From a virus (lineage: Duplodnaviria > Caudoviricetes), in the IMG/VR virus record IMGVR_UViG_3300021412_000030, positions 1 to 27,385 of that record: 27,385 bases of DNA; one strand, 5' to 3'. Of the stretch, positions 24,801 through 27,385 are shown piece after piece. The translations under genes and the position numbers were made by a program. Position 1 is the stretch's first letter. Every line of letters starts with the position of its first letter. The notes under the pieces are model-generated. The model was not told the DNA's origin, made no database searches, and saw only the letters and a program-made list of their open reading frames with translations.

Positions 24801-25977
24801 CATCCTCCGGTCTATCGGCTAAAGCTTCAGAGCTAGAGATCCTCCTAGCCATCCGAGAAGGTAGATCTGTAGTAGGCTTCCAGATCTTATGCCATGTAGA
24901 CTCATTCTCCTGATCCCATACAAACTTACGGATGGATTCTTTATCAGGAGGTCCAGGACCATCCCACTGCATTCGGTAGGTCTTTCCAGTTGTCTTATCC
25001 TTTATCGGATATACTGCTCTCTGAGACATAGGAGATTCCTTCGCGACTTGTGGAGATGGAGAAGGAGGAGTCGATTGAGACAGATCTCCTACAGCTTCGA
25101 GTGGAGTCGGTTGTGGAGAGGATACAAGGGATCCGGTAGATGCATACGATCGAGATCCTAGACCACTAGGGAATCCCCTAGCCGTCATAGGCGATGGTCG
25201 AGTGGGAACTGGTTGGGAGTCATCAAGATCTAAGAAAGCTCTACCAGGCTCACTAGCTAAAGATCCAAGAGAGCTAGCAAACTGACGACGTTTAAGACTA
25301 GGCTCACTTACCCTAGTAAATTCAAGATCAGTGAATCCCCTAGCCGTCATAGATCTATCCTGAGATACTCTAGTAGACTCAGGATCGGTAAATCCACGAG
25401 CAACTGTAGGAGTTTTAGGAGGTCTAGTTGCTTCGAGGATAGATCCGAGGATTCCAGGTGCCTCAGTGGGATTATCTACATCATAAACATCAGGAGCTAT
25501 GGATGATGGGATTTGAGATTTCTTAACAGATGAAGGGTCGGTAAATCCTCTAGCAGCCATCCCCCTTTCAGGTTTAGCTGCTCGCGGTCGGAGTTGCGTA
25601 TGAGGGCGATCTACTAAAGTTTTCCAATCTCCTCCCCAATCAAGTCCCTGCTCTTTAGCTACCTCCCCAAGAACATCCCAAGGATCTTTATCATTCTGAG
25701 TAACTCTCCCTTGGGCATCTACAAATGCGAAGTCTGCCGCGCGCCCTAACTGATGTAGTGACTCATCTCCAGGCTCTCCACTCTTCTCTGTGACTATACT
25801 GCCCTTTGTAGATCTCCCTCTTGTATAGAGTTTCTTCTGTTCATCTGCTGTCCTGACCTTAGATATAACTTTGACCCTATGACCCCGTCGAGCCATCTCA
25901 TTTATGACCGACTTGATGCGATAGTCTAGCTCTGGATCTAGAGATTGAGTCGATTGAAATGGTTGTCTCTTAGCCAT
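21892..25977 (-). CDS. large virion/ejection protein with N-terminal M15 (CwlK-like) peptidoglycan peptidase
   Basis: RTADEQKKLYTRGR, SLHQLGRAADF, WGGDW..DRPH; Pro-rich linkers, Gly/Ala hydrophobic segments. Confidence 0.8.
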   Translation of the reverse strand: MAKRQPFQSTQSLDPELDYRIKSVINEMARRGHRVKVISKVRTADEQKKLYTRGRSTKGSIVTEKSGEPGDESLHQLGRAADFAFVDAQGRVTQNDKDPWDVLGEVAKEQGLDWGGDWKTLVDRPHTQLRPRAAKPERGMAARGFTDPSSVKKSQIPSSIAPDVYDVDNPTEAPGILGSILEATRPPKTPTVARGFTDPESTRVSQDRSMTARGFTDLEFTRVSEPSLKRRQFASSLGSLASEPGRAFLDLDDSQPVPTRPSPMTARGFPSGLGSRSYASTGSLVSSPQPTPLEAVGDLSQSTPPSPSPQVAKESPMSQRAVYPIKDKTTGKTYRMQWDGPGPPDKESIRKFVWDQENESTWHKIWKPTTDLPSRMARRISSSEALADRPEDETESPPDIDFGGEVGMPSNLARKVIRGGINTIGDVGTQMTSPGDIALTLATLGSGTAARAGLAGTSRALTNAARLGGGALTAEGVYKMGSGLSNEDIGEVGAGALETVGGAFGMRTPYRALPKSTATPRPAPTALERPRPSGPTARWKTRPRPTSYPPAEPPAPIDAEFRVVGERQLGGRPEQRALPALNDRGLAPAPRTFYGGSRGLSENLEDVGELGTTPNTRDILEQTSPYGGGRGVQYERKPEGRTVLGREIGDVSDVVDRVPPATLTSKPSTIPPSQGKGPIKGKTESNYRPFKNTDDRSLEYFAFTEKDPEAIAEIKLRPGLRERLKKLLGEEKGELRFPFDPGEIRQKISRAAEKIFPEQARTDLKKIRDDLAKSGLSIIRDLNGEDLKELIIRNRLDAEQFGGRIISRLKEITKDLTPEELANYIEMRDTGAAPISQAVADAFSRFRVVDRRVSDAMRASGVSLKTAGGKRVPWRPLSEEGSYWPHIYPQGYYKDRKRALETIMDQGYTLKEAETILKNSAEHGERLIDPQYARRVNAPGYRKDIGADYQHYDDMSRRIMQAHDFGPMDTAEKGSPISRMIAVTDDPIRVGKIVNRYLGREEPMDPSWARFNRAVVKFQVATKLSKFMINNTAQIAMLPARAGFKNTGKALAKTLFDYKGSKSQAEVMGVYQSIYREILREATEGPSGLARWFGITKSEEFNRTVAGLAGKYTAPEIFAKAKANPTDKLMAQLEDLIQENPWKLIRQDALTDWQVNRAGGRMAEISQGRASNIDLPPIWSDHPAARLSFLFKRYAFQQSKNLYEAAKIMGPFRTAAIMIGTGTIMGEPLGDINATLRGTGRWIGGAGDWQDEVRKAIAERGEGFKRMINNLGQAWTLGYIGDLLESSARSPAGTATNLAGPVIGDIGETAYNVGTGNIRGLAAMGARAVPLVGTGLASAIRESDQRGGGRGGRGGRSGRSR
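25171..25560 (-). repeat. four intragenic (M/T)xARGF(TD) repeats
   Basis: exact 20-bp DNA repeat GAATCCCCTAGCCGTCATAG at 25171 and 25333; two related copies near 25382 and 25535. Confidence 0.75.
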
Positions 25978-25988
25978 CTTCTCACCTA

Positions 25989-27224
25989 TTAAAATTCAGG
26001 CTGACCGATCTCGAAGTCATCGTCCGTGCCATCTAGGGAATCGTCAGAGATAATTCCACCTCTATCCGTCTGTCTCTTGATCTCATCCCTTAGAGCTTTA
26101 CGGAAGGCGTCATACTCATCCCTACTCGGTCCACTCGTCCAGAAGTTACCACCAGAAAAGTCCTTCGGATACCTAGCCTTGGTTCTCGGATCTGTCTCTA
26201 TGAACTGTAGGAACACTGGATTCTGAGCCAAGATATCCAGGGCATTACTCATCGCGCGCGATAGCTCACTCGGGGTAGCCTGTAGACTCTTCCAGAGCTG
26301 CTCCAGTCTAGTTCTCCTATAGCTCTCCTGACCAAGTTGATTAGCTCTCTGAGTCTCTGCTTGGAATCCTTGTATATCAGTCTGTCTCTGTCTGTATCCC
26401 GCTGTATCCTCCTGCCCTCTCCTAGCTGTCTCAGCCTGCATCCGTCCAGTCTGCATCGTAGCCGCCGATACAGTCTTTGCCGGTATGATCGATCTATCCG
26501 ATGGATCATTCTTATTCACCGCCATCACCGATCCATCTTCCAGATCCTTATAGTCGTAGTCAGGTCTACCCATCTTCTCAGCATATGCCTGTGCTCGACT
26601 CCTAGCTACTCCCAGATTCCCCTCAGCTACTCTAGCAGTTCTATTCTTGATGTCATAGTCCCTGTCGGATTCCAGTTGTTTCAAGCGATACTCGTCATAC
26701 TTCAGGCCCATCGCGCGCGCGGATGAAAGTGCTCGTAACTGAGCCTCAGTCTCGTCCTGTTCCAACTTGGCAGACTCTCCAAGACCAGTCATCTTATTTT
26801 GATAGTCCTCCATAGCTGTATCGTATGGTGCGCGGATGAACTTATTGGCAGCTCCTACTCCAGCCTCGGCTCCACCACCAAAGCCAGATAAAGCACCGAT
26901 AGCCGCGGCTCCAGCTCTTCTCCACTTAGATGGTTTATAGTCTCCTGTTTGAGGTATACCCTTTAGAGCCTCTTGGTAGGCCGTTAGAGCTGGACCTCGA
27001 TTACCTCTCAGTCTCATTAGCTCATCGAAGAATTTAGACCCCTCGCTAGTCTCCGCTCCCATCTCAGGCTTCTCCCACTCTCCACCTAATGCAGACGGAT
27101 CTATACCTTGGGTCTCGGTCTGCATAGGACTTATCCCAGTGAGAAACCTCTTCCTAGGGACAGTCTGAGGTGCAGGATTCGAGAAGATTCTAGAGAGCCT
27201 ACTGGCTGAGAATGGATTTATCAT
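25989..27224 (-). CDS. probable internal virion/ejection protein
   Basis: PSKWRRAGAAAIGALSGFGGG segment followed by Q/R-rich helical region; adjacent to the large ejection gene. Confidence 0.65.
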   Translation of the reverse strand: MINPFSASRLSRIFSNPAPQTVPRKRFLTGISPMQTETQGIDPSALGGEWEKPEMGAETSEGSKFFDELMRLRGNRGPALTAYQEALKGIPQTGDYKPSKWRRAGAAAIGALSGFGGGAEAGVGAANKFIRAPYDTAMEDYQNKMTGLGESAKLEQDETEAQLRALSSARAMGLKYDEYRLKQLESDRDYDIKNRTARVAEGNLGVARSRAQAYAEKMGRPDYDYKDLEDGSVMAVNKNDPSDRSIIPAKTVSAATMQTGRMQAETARRGQEDTAGYRQRQTDIQGFQAETQRANQLGQESYRRTRLEQLWKSLQATPSELSRAMSNALDILAQNPVFLQFIETDPRTKARYPKDFSGGNFWTSGPSRDEYDAFRKALRDEIKRQTDRGGIISDDSLDGTDDDFEIGQPEF

Positions 27225-27385
27225 ATTCCACCCATCGGCGCTGGCTTCTTCTTAATCATGGATCCAATCGCCGGTGCTATACCACCTGTCAATCCACCGG
27301 CTACCGCACCTACGATTGGGGCCGCGTAGTCTACCCAGCTCTTATTTCCTGTCTTTAACTGACTCCCCAATCCACCACCAGCCTC
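27221..27385 (-). CDS. C-terminus of a Gly-rich virion/pilot-like protein (partial)
   Basis: EAGGGLGSQLK..WVDYAAPIVGAVAGGLTGGIAPAIGSMIKKK..; ATGA overlap with the next gene. Confidence 0.6.
   Translation of the reverse strand, partial: EAGGGLGSQLKTGNKSWVDYAAPIVGAVAGGLTGGIAPAIGSMIKKKPAPMGGI

Noticed and set aside
22169-26726. Several + strand ORFs opposite the virion genes
   Set aside because: Antisense shadows of long - strand genes
1-27385. tRNA, rRNA, integrase, transposase, reverse transcriptase
   Set aside because: No recognisable motifs found by eye

Overview
Fragment of an uncultured tailed dsDNA phage genome, probably podovirus-like. Two gene blocks diverge from a ~950 bp imperfect palindrome centred at ~4000. 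Left (- strand): a few hypothetical genes and a cold-shock-domain gene. Right (+ strand, 4534-21672): an early/replication block with an SNF2 helicase, T4-type lysozyme, Cas4-like nuclease, AAA_24/Sak4-like ATPase, a probable Acb2/Tad1-type anti-defence protein, SSB, a ParB-DNA methyltransferase fusion, an NDT-like protein, a UDG-PolA fusion and a DUF3987-type ATPase. No primase is recognisable. The window ends with convergent virion/ejection genes, including a 1361 aa protein with an M15 peptidase. The most striking features are non-coding: (1) 13 dispersed 21-nt ssDNA hairpins (stem-GA-NC-GNA-GN-GA-stem) that covary, sit mostly at gene junctions and flip strand across the palindrome; (2) the palindromic, 11-bp-phased, iteron-rich centre; (3) about 26 alternating CG runs at roughly one per kb. 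Family calls come from motif recognition and counts were made by eye; no searches were run.
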